64,000 bases of DNA from Octopus sinensis (GCF_006345805.1 NC_043023.1:4092001-4156000); one strand, 5' to 3'; positions 13,945-27,672 are shown, counted from the stretch's first letter. The notes: generated by a model from the sequence alone, not told the origin. Program-made: numbers and translations.

Positions 13945-14264
13945 CACACACACACACATGTATATGTATATATATATATATATCTGTATGTATATATTAT
14001 ATATGTATATGTATATATACATATGCATATGATATGTATATATTGTATATGTATGATATATATATATATATATGTATGTATATATATATGTATATATATA
14101 TCTGATATGTATATATATATTCTGTATATGATATATTATATGTATAGTATGTATATATATAGATATATGGATATATATATATATATATATTATCTATAGA
14201 TATATATATATATATATATCGTATATGTATATATGTAGTTATATATTATATATATCAGTATATA

Positions 14265-14307
<43 letters not shown>

Positions 14308-15220
14308 ATATGTAATGTATGTATTATAATATATATATCAGTATATGTATATGTATGTATATATATATATATATATCAGTATATGTATGTATATAATATA
14401 TATGTATATATATATCTGTATATGTATATGTATATATATATCTGTATATGTATATATATGTATATGTATGTATATATATATACCTGTATATGTATGTATA
14501 TATATATATATCTGTATATGTATGTATAATATATATACCTGTATATGTATGTATATATATATATATCTGTATATGTATGTATATATATATATATCTGTAT
14601 ATGTATGTATATATATATATATATCTGTATATGTATGTATATATATATATATATCTGTATATGTATGTATATATATATATATATATATATCTGTATATGT
14701 ATGTATATGTATATGTATGTATATATATATATATATATATCTGTATATGTATGTATATATATATATATATATATATCTGTATATGTATATACATACATAT
14801 ATGTGTGTGTATGTACTGAGATGTAGTTTGAAAAGCCTGCCTCTCACATAGATATATATGAGTGAACAACTGTAATGTGCTCTGTTAGATACATTTGGTG
14901 TTCGGCTGGTATGTTGATTTTTGTTCATTTCTATGTGTCTTGATTATGACAGCGCTGTCGATTAAAAGTTCATTTTGTGCACTAATTATGAAATCATATG
15001 ATCTGTGGCTGAATCTGCTTTTAAGGAGCTCACTTCAAGAGTTGCATTCCCTGGTGTCCGATACACTGTATTTATTATGGTAGTTTTGACTTTAAGAGTC
15101 CTTCATAGCATGAGGCATTTATGTGTAGTAAAGGCCTTAATATGAATATATATTACACACACACATATATATATATATACATATTTATATATATATACAT
15201 ATATATATAGATATATATAC

Positions 15221-15251
<31 letters not shown>

Positions 15252-15310
15252 CCATCTATATACATATACATATATACATATACATATATATATACACATA
15301 TATATATATA

Positions 15311-15356
<46 letters not shown>

Positions 15357-16462
15357 TGTATAAGTATGTATATGTCTGTATATGTTTGTATAAGTAAGTA
15401 TGTGTGTGTGTGTTTATATATGGGTATAGGATGCCACCAACTGTGTAAACAACATAAAATTCATAGATGAGTTTAATATGTAAACCATGAAAGAAAAAAT
15501 GGAAAACAGGACAACACAGACAAACAGTCTTAATATATAATTGTAGGTGTATATTATATATATATATGTGTGTGTTGTGTGTATATATAATATGTATATA
15601 TATATTATATGTGTATATATATATATGATATTATATATTATGTATATATATATGTGTATATATATATATGTGTATATATATATGTATATATAGATTATAT
15701 ATATCTATCTACTTGTGTGTTACCTCTACACATTTTTTCAAAGATTATCCCCCACATAAGCTACTGAAATTGCCCATCAAAACAGACATAAATATCATCT
15801 CTATAAATGAAGAGATTCTAAAAGAACTGAAGTACAAAAACTCAAACCTAATAACGGTCATATAAACAAGTTAAACTCAACATCTCTTCTCTCTACACAA
15901 AACATTGAAGAAACTGAAACAAGTAAAACATTCACCAAAATGTATGAGAACCTTGGAAAATTATGCGAAACAATTAAAATATAATTTTGAGACATTTCAA
16001 AGCAAGGACAACAAAACGAGGAATCACATGGGATAAACACCAATAAAAAAAAAGCCACATGGAGAAAACTTCTTAGAAAATTTGCATTTTGGAAAATGAT
16101 ACAAAGTCACAACAAAGTGGAGATAGATCAAAAATGGCTTAACTTGACACCTTAATTATATCTGGCAAATTACAAATAAAACCCATCCCAGAAGAACCAG
16201 AAGCACAAAGGAAACTTCAAGAAAAAAATGACAGTAGAAAAAAAGAAGATGGAAGCGGAACTACTGAAACTGAGGGCAGAAACAAATGAAAAGTGAAAAC
16301 CATAGACAAAGAAATCAACAAGGAACTCAACAAACACAAGGCATCAACACAGAAACAATGCTAAAATTATGGAAAGAGGAGTGCTAAAAGGAGGAACTAA
16401 AATCCCTCCAACAATGGGAAAAGAGCACAAACAGGTTTTCAACTATATATATATATATATAT

Positions 16463-16494
<32 letters not shown>

Positions 16495-16626
16495 ATATGT
16501 ATGTATATGTATACTATATATATATAGTAGTTATAGTTAATCCAAACAAGAAAGCACAAAAAAAACACAACAACGCGAGGACGTGGAACAAATGTAGTAT
16601 TATTGGACCCTCAGGAAAGAATGAGG

Positions 16627-16661
16627 GTTTAACGTTTCAAACGGAGCTCTTCGTCGGAAAC
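16627..16661 (-). ncRNA. Minimal hammerhead motif (U4C core) in a PLE-like terminal repeat (about 16545-16735); inverted sister repeat at about 17925-18115 with motif at 17988-18022(+)
   Basis: GUUU-CCGACGA-A-GAGC UCC GUUU-GAAA-CGUU-AAAC. Confidence 0.6.
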
Positions 16662-17878
16662 ATAGGAGACGGAAAGATCCAGAGAAGGGAAGACAGAGGA
16701 AAAAAAATTGCCAACAGTACACATGCGGTCACATTTTGAATGATATATATATATGTGTGTGTGTATATATATATATATAATATATGCATACAACAATAAA
16801 TATTTGTCTCTTCTAATAGAAACAAAAGGGTTTATAGGAATGCAAAAGAAGTACTCAAATATAAATGAGACGAAGATAAAGAAGCATTGGTTATAGAACA
16901 AACATTAAATCCTCAGACATCTAATCATATATAAAAATCACCATGGTTCCTAAACACATAAAAAATGATATATATACATAAAAGTATATAATCGAATAAA
17001 ATACAAATAGAATGGCCTATCAAAAATGTTAAATATAAACGGCTAAAAATTCAAAACCTACCAAAAACCATAAGTAAAGGTAAAAATGAAATAAAATAAA
17101 ATAAATATCCACTGACTAAAAAAGTTTTTGAGACGATTAAAATAGTAAAAAACATTTTTTTTTAAATATTTGAAAAAAGTCTACTTCCCTCATATAAGTA
17201 CATCCAAAGTTCCTAAGTAAACAGACTGCCATAGGTCAAATTCACATAGATCTTGAAAAAAGTCTTCTACTCCCTCCACAGGTACGTCCAAAAGATTATA
17301 ATGAAACAGACTTCACTGGTCAAATTCAATGTATATATATATGTATATATATATATACACACACACACAATAAATTATTGGACTCAATAAAACACCACCA
17401 CTGCCAAGATTTATATTAATCTATATTAATCTCATTGCATGGCTCCTTGGGTATGTGCCTTCTACTATAGCCTCGGGCTGATGAAAGCCTTGTGAGTAGA
17501 TTTGGCTGATGGAAACTGAAAGAAGCCCATTGTATATATATATATATATATACATATATATGTATGTATATGTTTGGGTGTCTGTCTTTGTATGCCCAAC
17601 ATTACTTGACAACCGATGCTGGTGTGTTTATGTCCCCTGTAACTTAGAGGTTCGGCAAAAGAGACTGATAGAATAAGTACTAGGCTTACAAAGAATAAGT
17701 CCTGGGGTTGATTTACCATATACATATACATGTGTGTGTGTTTGTTTATATATAGTAGATTCTATATATATATTATGTATTCTTTTATATGTTTCAGTCT
17801 AATGACTGTGGCCATGCTGGAGCACTGCCATTGTGATCATCTTTCTACTTTCCACCTTTATTGGAGTGGCTTTTATAT

Positions 17879-17915
<37 letters not shown>

Positions 17916-18143
17916 TTGAAATATAACTACCTGTGAATTGTTGGCGATTTTCTTCTTCCATCTTCCTTTTGTATTGGACTTTACTCTGTTTCCGAAGAAG
18001 AGCATTGCTTGAAACATTAAGCCATCTTTCTTTCCTTCCCTGAGCTTTTGCTAATACTTTACATGTATCATGTTCTCGCGTTGTTGTCTTTAGTTTGTTC
18101 TTTTTGGGGATTTACTATATATGTGTGTGTATATACATATATT

Positions 18144-18179
<36 letters not shown>

Positions 18180-18580
18180 TACACACATATATTCTCCAGA
18201 GAACATTCTTTGTAGTTAGATCGTAGGTGATCTTCTTCTAGCACATTGGATGTCCACTTAGTGGTCATCCCTCTTATACGCATGTATTACAATTTTTCTG
18301 AATTTTCAGATTTTTCTATATGCAAGGCTACTGGTTCTAAATTGATGTTAATTAAATTAATATTCAATTTATCACCCTCATTATTTAAATTTTATATATA
18401 TGTATATATGTATGTATATGTAACTATATACATATATATTATATTTAGATATGTATATATATGTGTGTGTGTGTATGTGTATATACATATATAGAAATAT
18501 GTAGATATGGACATGTATATAGATATATATGTGTGTAGATATGTTTATATATAGATATAGATATGTTTATCTGTATATAT

Positions 18581-18615
<35 letters not shown>

Positions 18616-18657
18616 CATACACACACATTTATATGTCTACTATATATAATCAAAATA

Positions 18658-19773
18658 AGCAACAGGATATCTAGAGATGATGCAGTGTGACCATTTCAAA
18701 TGTCTCCATTTAATTGAACAATGCAATCTTTACCTGAATTTAATACTGTGCTATCTTCAGCTGCACATAAAATATATGTATGGAGTTTCAACAGGCAGGA
18801 AACATTAATATGATTGTTCTTAAGTGTTTTAACAGATGGGTGAAATTCGTGTGGTAGCAAGCGTGGCTAAGAAAAAAAGACTACAATTTCTTAGAATAAC
18901 ATGGAGCATAGTGAATCATAGTGTTGTAATTCATTTCCAGTTTATGTATCTCTTTATCATTTACTAAAATCTGAGATTAGAAAACTGTGTCTATTTAGAA
19001 TAAAGAACCAAAGGGAGTTGACAGTTCATGGCTCGCTATTGGTCATAAATATTTTCATAGAAAGTGTCAATTAGATAGAAGTAACTGTCTATAAAAAGAG
19101 GCAGGGTAGGAGCAGACTTTAATTCATGGTGCTAATTACCACTTAAAGGGGCAAGACTCTATGAAACTAAAATGCTAATGTAGGAAAAATATTATTCAAG
19201 GCTCGATGGCAGTGTGTTTATAAACAATATTATTACATTGTATAAAAATGAAATCAAATTTGAGAATTGAAGAAAATCATATCATAACCAAAATAGCTAT
19301 ATGGTGTGTATGCATCAATTATAAACATTAAAAGGAAGATTATGACCAATAGCTAGCCATGAGCTGTCAACTCGCTTTTGTTCTTTATTCTAAATATACA
19401 CAGTCTTCTTGTCTCAGATTTTAGTATATGATAAAGAGATACATAAATTGGAAATGAATTACAGCCCTATGATCCACAATGTTCCATGCTATTCTAAGAA
19501 ATTGTAGTCGTTTTTTTTTCTTAGTTACTCTTGCTACAATAGTGACAATATGTGGATCGTGCATCCACAAAGCATGTAGCACCATCGGCTCTGGTTGGCT
19601 GTTAAGATATTTAGGAAAAATTATATTGTTTCCTACCTGTTGAAATTCCATATATATATATTTTATGCAGCTGAAGATAGCACTGTATTTAAATTGATGT
19701 AATGATTGCATTGTTCAATTAAATAGAGCCACTTGAAACAGTTGTACTGTATCACTACTTGATATCCTTTTGC
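18658..19773. repeat. Long inverted repeat (arms about 18658-19056 and 19335-19773)
   Basis: Arms are diverged reverse complements, e.g. ctatcttcagctgca / tgcagctgaagatag and ctattggtcataa / ttatgaccaatag. Confidence 0.85.
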
Positions 19774-19948
19774 TACTGCTGAATAAGTGCTATAGATAGA
19801 CCATAGTTAAGTTCCAAGTTCGGTGATTATACGAATAAGGAGTTCAACATTGGTCATATGTCAGCGTGTGTATATGAAAAATTTTTTTTCCATAATGAGA
19901 TAAAAAAACCAAGGCTGTCTAGATTTTAGAACATTTATAGATAGAAGG

Positions 19949-19994
19949 TCTTACAGCTGTTTCCAGGATATTTATTATGTCCCTTCATCAGAGA
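19949..19994 (-). ncRNA. Minimal type I hammerhead ribozyme motif, canonical core
   Basis: UCU-CUGAUGA-AGGGACAU AAUAA AUAUCCUG-GAA-ACAGCUGU-A-AGA; palindromic stem III, GUA cleavage triplet. Confidence 0.72.
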
Positions 19995-20183
19995 CAGTGT
20001 GAGAGGATGGACAGGCACGCATACACACACATCTAAACCTGCACAAAGTGAATTACATGCTCATAGGTTTTAATTGCACGCATATAGACATACGGCCATT
20101 CACATGCACACACACACACACTCACACTCACACACATTCACAATAATATATTCACCTCTCTCTCTCTCTGTCTTTCATTTCAG

Positions 20184-20213
20184 GTGCTGTAGTGCTTGTC
20201 AACCCCACTGACC
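20184..20213 (+). CDS. unc5: UNC-5 candidate 30-nt micro-exon in the extracellular juxtamembrane linker (GAVVLVNPTD)
   Basis: Long pyrimidine tract plus tttcag| acceptor and ACC|gtgagt donor; phase 1-1, in frame with both flanking exons, no stop. Confidence 0.72.
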
Positions 20214-21340
20214 GTGAGTCCCTTTATTTAGCTGTTCCTCGGATTATCTGTGTTTACATCTTTTTCTTTGTCTATCTATCAGTCTATTTATATGTCTGTC
20301 TAGCTGTATGTCTATCTATCTTTCTATTTATCTGTCTGTCTATCTATCTTTCTGTCTGTCTAAAAGAAACGATGATAGGTGGAATAGCAAATTGAGAAGT
20401 GGACACCATGTTCAGAAAAAAGGAAGGAGGAGAAGTCCTTACAGAATTTGGAATGAAGACTTTTTAAGATTCTTCGGCCACCATGCTGAGAGTCCCTCAT
20501 CTAGCAGTGGACTGAGCCATGCTGAGTCCCTCGTCCAGCAGTAGACTGAACATGTGCAAGAATGATGTATGTCTGTATGCACATTCATATGTACGGTGTG
20601 CTGCACCTCAGGTTTTTAATAATAGTAATGGTTTCAAATTTTGCCACAAGGGTAGCAATTTTAGGAGAGGGGATAAGTCGATTGTATCGACCCCAGTCTT
20701 CAACTGGTACTTATTTCATCAACCCTGAAAAGATGATAGGCAAAGCTGACCTTGGCAGAATTTGAACTCAGAATGGAGCAATGGGCAAAATGCCGCTAAA
20801 CATTCTGTCCAGCATCCTAATAATTCTGACAGCTTGCAACTTTAATAATAATGATGATGAACTTAGCCATCAAAGATGACAAATGAGTTCTCAGCTATTT
20901 GCTGAACAACCTGCACAACTAATTTGTTTATTGTGATCAAATTTGCATTAGCTCACTCCTTCCTTCAAATCAATGTTGCTTGAAAAGGAGCACAGTGTAC
21001 GAAATATCAGGTATCAAAGTGATTGCAGAGCAATGAGATAAAGTGTTTTGTTCAAGAACACAACACAGCATCTAGTCAGGAAATTGAAACCATAATGTTG
21101 CAATTGTGAATGCAACACCATCACCACTAAGCCATCTTCCCTCATAATAACAACAATAATAATAATAATAATAATAATCCTTTCTACTGGAGGCACAAAG
21201 CCTCAAATTTGTGGAGTTGGGACAAGTCAATTAAATATACCCCAATGCATAACTGGTACTTAATTTCTTGACCCCGAAACGATGAAAGGCTAAATCAACC
21301 TCAGTAGAATTTGAACTCTGATCATATAGACAGATGAAAT

Positions 21341-21574
21341 ACCTATTTCTTTACTACCGACAAGGGGCTAAACACAGAGGAGACAAACAAGGACAGACAA
21401 ACAGATTAAGTCGATTATATCGACCCCAGTGTGTAAGTGGTACTTATTTAATCGACCCCGAAAGGATGAAAGGCAAAGTCGACCTCGGCGGAATTTGAAC
21501 TCAGAATGTAGCGGCAGACGAAATACCGCTAAGCATTTTGCCTGGCATGCTAACGATTTTACAAGCTAACCACC

Positions 21575-21576
<2 letters not shown>
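21341..21576 (-). mobile_element. SINE with Nin/Deu-like central domain. More than 15 copies in the window, e.g. 29408-29623(-), 44883-45050, cluster 50207-53220, 55573-55800
   Basis: GAGTTCAAATTC B-box followed by GTCGACTTTGCCTTTCATCCTTTCGGGGTCGAT..AAGTACC. Confidence 0.85.
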
Positions 21577-21606
<30 letters not shown>

Positions 21607-21697
21607 TATGGATCAGAAAGCATTGGATCTTTCTATCTTTCACTGTATGGATATTGTATGTAATAACCGAAACTATTTCATAAATGAAATAAATATA

Positions 21698-21953
21698 TTC
21701 TGTTGTGTCTGAGGAGAGTCAGTCTCTTTTAGTGCTTTATTATTTAACACACTCACTGGTAAAGTTTCCACTCATTTACTTATTTATTTTTCAAAAATTT
21801 TCGTTGTGTCTGGCAACCTTTCCAATAGCTGTTGACTCAGAGTCAGCAACAACTGGAAAGGTTGCAACATTGCAAATAAGTGGAAATTTTACTGGTGAGT
21901 GTGTTAAATCATAAGGCACTAAAAGAGAATCATTCTCCCCAGACACAACAGAA
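21698..21953. repeat. Fold-back palindrome (MITE- or PLE-terminus-like)
   Basis: TTCTGTTGTGTCTG... / ...CAGACACAACAGAA outer arms; inner arms GCAACCTTTCCA / TGGAAAGGTTGC; apex GACTC-A-GAGTC. Confidence 0.85.
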
Positions 21954-21973
21954 CAGGTTTCAGCACACAAACT

Positions 21974-22054
<81 letters not shown>

Positions 22055-22221
22055 CTATGTATATATATATATACATATACATGTATGTATATGTGTGTAT
22101 GTATATATATATATGTGTGTATGTATATATGTGTGTGTATATATATATATGTGTGTGTGTGCATGTATACATACATATGTATGTATGTGTATGAATGTAT
22201 ATATATATATATGTATATATG

Positions 22222-22725
22222 TCACTAACACAACTGTCATCACTCTGTCACTCTTTCTCCTGACCTCCACCACCTTCTCACAGATTTCTTCCTTCACCAA
22301 AACTCCTACACCTCCAGTCCCCTTCCTATTTCCCCAACCATCACAACTTGTACCTTCTCTCCAGAAGGCTGCACCAGGCTCCAATCTGATCTGGCAAAGT
22401 TTCTACAGCTGGATGTCCTTCTTAATACCAACCATTCCATGAGTGTAGTTGGTGCGTTTTACACGCCACTGGCACGAGGGTCAGTCAGGCAGTACTGGCA
22501 TCAACCATGCTTGAATGGTGTTTTTATGTGCCACCAGCATGGGACCAGTCAGGTGGCACTAGCATCAACCATGCTTGAATGGTGCTTTTTATGTTCCACT
22601 GGCACAGGTGCCAATCAGGCGGTACTGTCATCGACCATGACAATGACTTCACTTGACTCAACAGGTCTTTGCAAGCACAGTTTATTGCCCAATGATTCAA
22701 AGGTACTCTTAAATGGGCTGGTTAT
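22222..22725 (-). mobile_element. RTE-related element: 5'-UTR-like segment joined to an AP-endonuclease fragment
   Basis: [26 protein letters not shown] (RTE endonuclease motif) adjacent to the CATCCAGCTGTAGAAAC segment also found in the (GAT)n-tailed SINE at 43505-43726. Confidence 0.7.
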
Positions 22726-22763
22726 GCTATTATATATATATATATCTATTTATATTATTTTTC

Positions 22764-22812
<49 letters not shown>

Positions 22813-22844
22813 GATTCAATTACTGACTCTAATAATAATTAAGT

Positions 22845-23170
22845 AGCTAGAATTTGTGATTGTAGTTTTGAGGATAAATGTTATTTCAATAATTTATGTA
22901 TGCAAAATAACCTTGTATATAGGTGTAAAGTAGAGTTTGAGGGGAAAAATTATTTTTACATTGGGTCATCTGAAAATTTCATTAAACAATGTACTGCAAA
23001 CCATGAATATACTTTTAGGAACAGAGATAAGTTGAATAGCACCAGTTTAAGTAAATTTATATGGAAGTTAAAGAATAATAATTAAAAAAATGTATAGCAT
23101 TAAATGGCAAATATTTAGTCATGCCAGATCTTATAAAATTGCTGATAACCAGTGTAACTTATGTGTACCA
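22845..23170 (+). mobile_element. Penelope-like element GIY-YIG endonuclease remnant
   Basis: CDC...C...LC.QNNLVYRCKV...YFYIGSSENFIKQCTANH...STSLSKFIWKLK...IKWQI...CNLC. Confidence 0.85.
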
Positions 23171-23619
23171 GTTGAATACTGGGGTCAGTACAATTGACTT
23201 AACCCTCCCCCAAAATTGCTGGCCTTCTGCCTATAGTAGAAAGGAATATTATTATTATTATTTTACTTCGCTCAGGATTGATCTTACTCTTTATGTGGAT
23301 AGCAGGTGAATCCCTGTAACCTTAAATATCCACATGATTTCAATAATCCATCAAGTGCTCAAAACCCTTATGATCTTCCCTGTTCTTAAGAGGCAAACCT
23401 TCGATAGAAGCTCTCCAGGACATTTTCATTTCCTTTAATCTTTTGTCTCTATCCTCATCCACAATCCTTCATGTGCCAATTATCACTAGAATAATGTTTA
23501 CCAAATCAATTATCACCTGGCAGAATTGTTAGCATGCCAGGTAAAATGTTTAGTGGCATTTTGTTCATTGTTACATTCTGAGTTCAAATTTTGCCGAGAT
23601 CAACTTTGGTTCTTATCCT

Positions 23620-24110
23620 TATCATCTGATAAGGGTACACCAGGCACATGCATCACAACCATATGTGTGCAACATGGTGATTTCATATCAAGATAAACAG
23701 CACATGACCTTGCAGATGGGGCCCAGTTAGAATGTTCTTCTGGTCGAGTAACCCATCCCGCTCAAAAGGTCCCTGAAAAAGGATTGTTTAAGGATGTGAA
23801 AGAAACCACCCATGTTTCCAAAGGTGAATTATCCAAACCTCTAAGAATTCCTTTCAACACATGGCTATGATGCTCCCCCACTACTTCTGCTCGTGATCAG
23901 AGATGCACATATCGTCAGCCACTAAGGGACATGCTCAACTGGTTAAGGTCAAACAACTGACAAGCAAATCTGTGGTATTGAGCAGAATATTTGCTGTAGA
24001 CCATCTTTTTATACCAAGACAAAACAATGTACATGATGACTCTTCCAATCAGCTAAGATCAGAAGCCATGAGAGCCACTGCCTGGTACTGCATCAGGGCA
24101 TTTATTTTTA
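23620..24110 (-). mobile_element. Non-coding repeat of about 550 bp found in (TAA)n tracts; other copies at 52265-52812(-), 34255-34590(+), 38863-38940
   Basis: Shared GATAAGGGTACACCAGGCACATG... sequence; ends abut (TAA)n/(TTA)n runs. Confidence 0.7.
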
Positions 24111-24159
24111 TTATTTGATGAAAAATCCTAAGTTTCTTTTACTGTGTGGGATGGAAAGG

Positions 24160-24425
24160 GTCAGTTGCCCACAGCCAGCAGACTAAGGTGACCTTTGTTT
24201 ACCCATCCTGCTTCAAGAACCTTGTGGAGGAGTTTTGGAGTTCCAAGCAGTGATGATTTTTGTAGATGTTCTATCTTTACATTTATACCCATCTTTTTGA
24301 GCCTTGTTGCTAGTTGAGTGCTGCTACTTCCAAGCACACCAACCACCATTGCTTTCACATCCACTCTCTTCATTGCCCATAACCTGCGTATTTCCCACTT
24401 CAGTTCTTCATAATTGTCCACTATT
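24160..24425 (-). mobile_element. R4/Dong-like LINE 3' fragment
   Basis: YEELKWEIRRLWAMKRVDVKAMVVGVLG...LQKSSLLGT (C-terminus of the restriction-like endonuclease domain). Confidence 0.75.
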
Positions 24426-24488
24426 TCTTTTTTCTCTTCAATCCTGTTGATGTTGTTGTTATTATTATTATTATTATTCTGTTTTCAG

Positions 24489-24641
24489 CTGGGGAAGCAG
24501 AAGACTCTAACAATATGGCAATGTATATCGGTGTCTGCGTAGCATTTGCTGTGTGTATAACTGTGGTGGTTATACTAGTGTTGATAATACGAAGACGAAA
24601 CATACAAAATCAAGGGGTCTTTGACATGGACCCTACAGGAG
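24489..24641 (+). CDS. unc5: UNC-5 exon: transmembrane helix
   Basis: gttttcag|CT...GGAG|gtgagt; 153 nt, phase 1-1. Encodes GEAEDSNNMAMYIGVCVAFAVCITVVVILVLIIRRRNIQNQGVFDMDPTG (hydrophobic span plus RRR stop-transfer; A-x-Y-x-G start typical of the UNC5 TM). Confidence 0.93.
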
Positions 24642-25661
24642 GTGAGTTCATACATTCAAGTATTAATGTGTGCGTAAGTGTGTGGTTTTCCTCTTTTCAG
24701 CCAGTTCCTATATATCTGCCTGTCTCTATAAGCATGTGTATGTATCAAACTTCTTAACTACACAGTCATTTCTGAGATATACCATAGTATTTTCCCAGTA
24801 GGTAATAGCATAGATTGAATAGAAAAACCCAATACATTAGTGAAATTGGATATTAAGTGACTAGAATCCTTCAATCACCTCTATCTATGGCGCATCCTTC
24901 ATGTCCGGTAGGGGGATGAGTCACTATTTCTAGCAATCAAGTGTCCTCTTGGCATTAATACTGCCTCTGCCGATAATATATATTCCTTATGGTTTTATAT
25001 ATGCCTCACAGAATACTTTTATTGCTTGGATTTTCTGGGTTTTCAGTGGCATGGACACAACATTTCACTACTTTGTAATTGATTAATACGTAGGCTGATA
25101 GCCAAGTCCATATGAGGAGCTTACTGTGATAACTACACAATTCTCTGAATCCATATCCTATACCAGCCATTTATGCGCGTGTGTGTATAGATATATATAT
25201 GTATGTATATACATATAACATCAGCATTTAACATCCACATTTCTGTGAACTTTATACATGCATGTTTATATTACCAAAATAAATAGATATCTGTTCACCT
25301 AAACACACATATATATGCTGGTGATAATACAGAGAGTGTATATATTTATATTTAGATACACAAGATCTCTCTTTCTTAAAGATGTGTGTATTGTGTCTGA
25401 GTGTCAGTGTGTGTGCGTGTGTATATATATATATATATATATTCACACACACACACACACTTACTTCCATATACATATTTCTATTAGCATATACTGATAG
25501 GCACCTAGCAAATCATGCCTTATGTGTATTATATATATATATATATATATATACTCTTTACTCTTTTACTTGTTTCAGTCATTTGACTGCGCCCATGCTG
25601 GAGCAGAATATATATGTATATATATATATATACAGTATATATATATATGTATTATATACAG

Positions 25662-25778
<117 letters not shown>

Positions 25779-26196
25779 ACAGTATATATATATATACTAT
25801 ATAATATATTATAATATATATATATATAGTATATATATATTATATATATGTATATATTACAGTATATATATATATGTATATATATATATATGTATATATA
25901 TATTATAGTATAGTATATATATACATGTATATGTATATATATATATTATAGGTATATATTATATACAGTATATGTTATATATATATATATATAATGTGTG
26001 TGTGTTTATATATATATATATATACAGTAATATATATATATATATATAATAAATATACATACATAATATATATATACATACATATATATATAATTATACA
26101 TATATATATGTATATATATACAGTATATATATAATATATATGTATATATATATACAGTATATATATAATAATATATATGTATATATATATATACAG

Positions 26197-26268
<72 letters not shown>

Positions 26269-26278
26269 ATACTATATA

Positions 26279-26495
26279 CAGTAATCCCTCTCCATATTGC
26301 GATTCGCCTATCGCGGTTCTTTATTTAAGCTTATGTCAATTCCTCCGTGGTGTTCTTTTGCATTTATAATAAAATAAGTATATAAAAATTATAAAAATAA
26401 TAAAACAAGATACACAGTACTATTTCTACTTCACAGATTTTCGCCTGTCACAAGGGTTTTGGAACGTAACACCCGCGATAGTCGAGGGAATACTA
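26279..26495. mobile_element. pogo/Tigger-type MITE
   Basis: TA|CAGTAATCCCTC ... GAGGGAATACTA terminal inverted repeats. Confidence 0.65.
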
Positions 26496-26971
26496 CACAC
26501 ACACATGCATGCACATATATATATACATATATATATGCATGTATACATATATGTGCACATACCCATATATACACTATGCATATATATGAATATATATATA
26601 TATGCAAAAGCACATATACTTATATATATATATATATATATATGCTGCAAACTAATGTGTATATAACTGTTGTAATCATTAAAGACAGCCCCACCTCTCA
26701 TACACATTCTCTCACACACACATACACACACACACACCTGAATTATCTAAGTCTGCATCTTTGAAAACAAACAACACAGCAGGAGGGGGTAGCATGTATA
26801 ACTCCCCATTTTCCACCCCCATTGCATCTCCTTCCTGGCCCCTGGGAGACATTCTCTGCTCACCCCTCTACCTCCCACCCATCTTTCTATTCAACATAAC
26901 CTACTTTTAGATCCCTAGAAAGAGAGAAGAGACAGACAGACAGACATAGTTGGGTGAACACATATATGCAC

Positions 26972-27672
26972 AGTCTCTCTCTTTCTCTCTCTCTCTCTTT
27001 CTCTTTCTCTCTCTCTTTCACTCTCTCTCTTTCTCTCTCTCTCTCTCTCTTTCTCTTTCTCTCTCTCTCTTTCTCTCTCTCTCTTTCTCTTTCTCTCTCT
27101 CTTTCTCTCTCTCTCTTCTCTCTCTCTCTTCCTCTCTCTCTTTCTCTTTCTCTCTCTCTTTCTCTCTCTTCTCTTCTTCTCTCTCTTTCTATCTCTCTTT
27201 CTCTCTCTCTCTTTATCTCTCTTTCTCTCTCTCTCTTCTCTCTCCTCTCTTTCTCTCTCTCTTTCTTTTCCTCTCTCTTCTTTCTCTCTCTCTTCTCTTT
27301 CTCTCTCTCTTTCACTTCTCTCTTCTTCTCTCTCTCTCTTTCTCTTCTCCTCTCTCTTTTCTCTCCTTCTTTTCTCTCTCTCTCTTTCTCTTCTCTCTCT
27401 TCTCTCTCTCTCTTCTCTCTCCTCTCTCCTCTTCCTCTCTCTCTTTCTCTTTCTCTCTTCTTTCTCTCTCTCTCTTTCCTCTCTCTTTCTCTCTCTTCTC
27501 TTCTCTCTCTCTTTCTCTCTCTCTTTCTCCTCTCTCTTTCTCTTTCTCTTTCTCTTCTCTTTCTCTTCTCTCTCTCTTTCTCTCTCTCTTTCTCTTTCTC
27601 TCTCCTTTCTCTCTCCCTTTTCTCTCTCTTTTTTCTCTCTCTCTTTCTCTACTCTCTTTCTTTTCTCTCTCT

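Noticed and set aside
13676-14928. Overlapping YI/CV/MY ORFs (also 62360-63883 and elsewhere)
   Set aside because: Dinucleotide microsatellites lack stop codons in several frames; not coding.
15720-16440. A-rich, coding-like stretch; possible LINE ORF remnant
   Set aside because: Multiple stops and no diagnostic motif recognised.
24619-24635. Possible dependence-receptor caspase site (FDMD-P) after the TM helix
   Set aside because: Not a clean DxxD motif, and P1' proline disfavours cleavage; cannot be supported from sequence.
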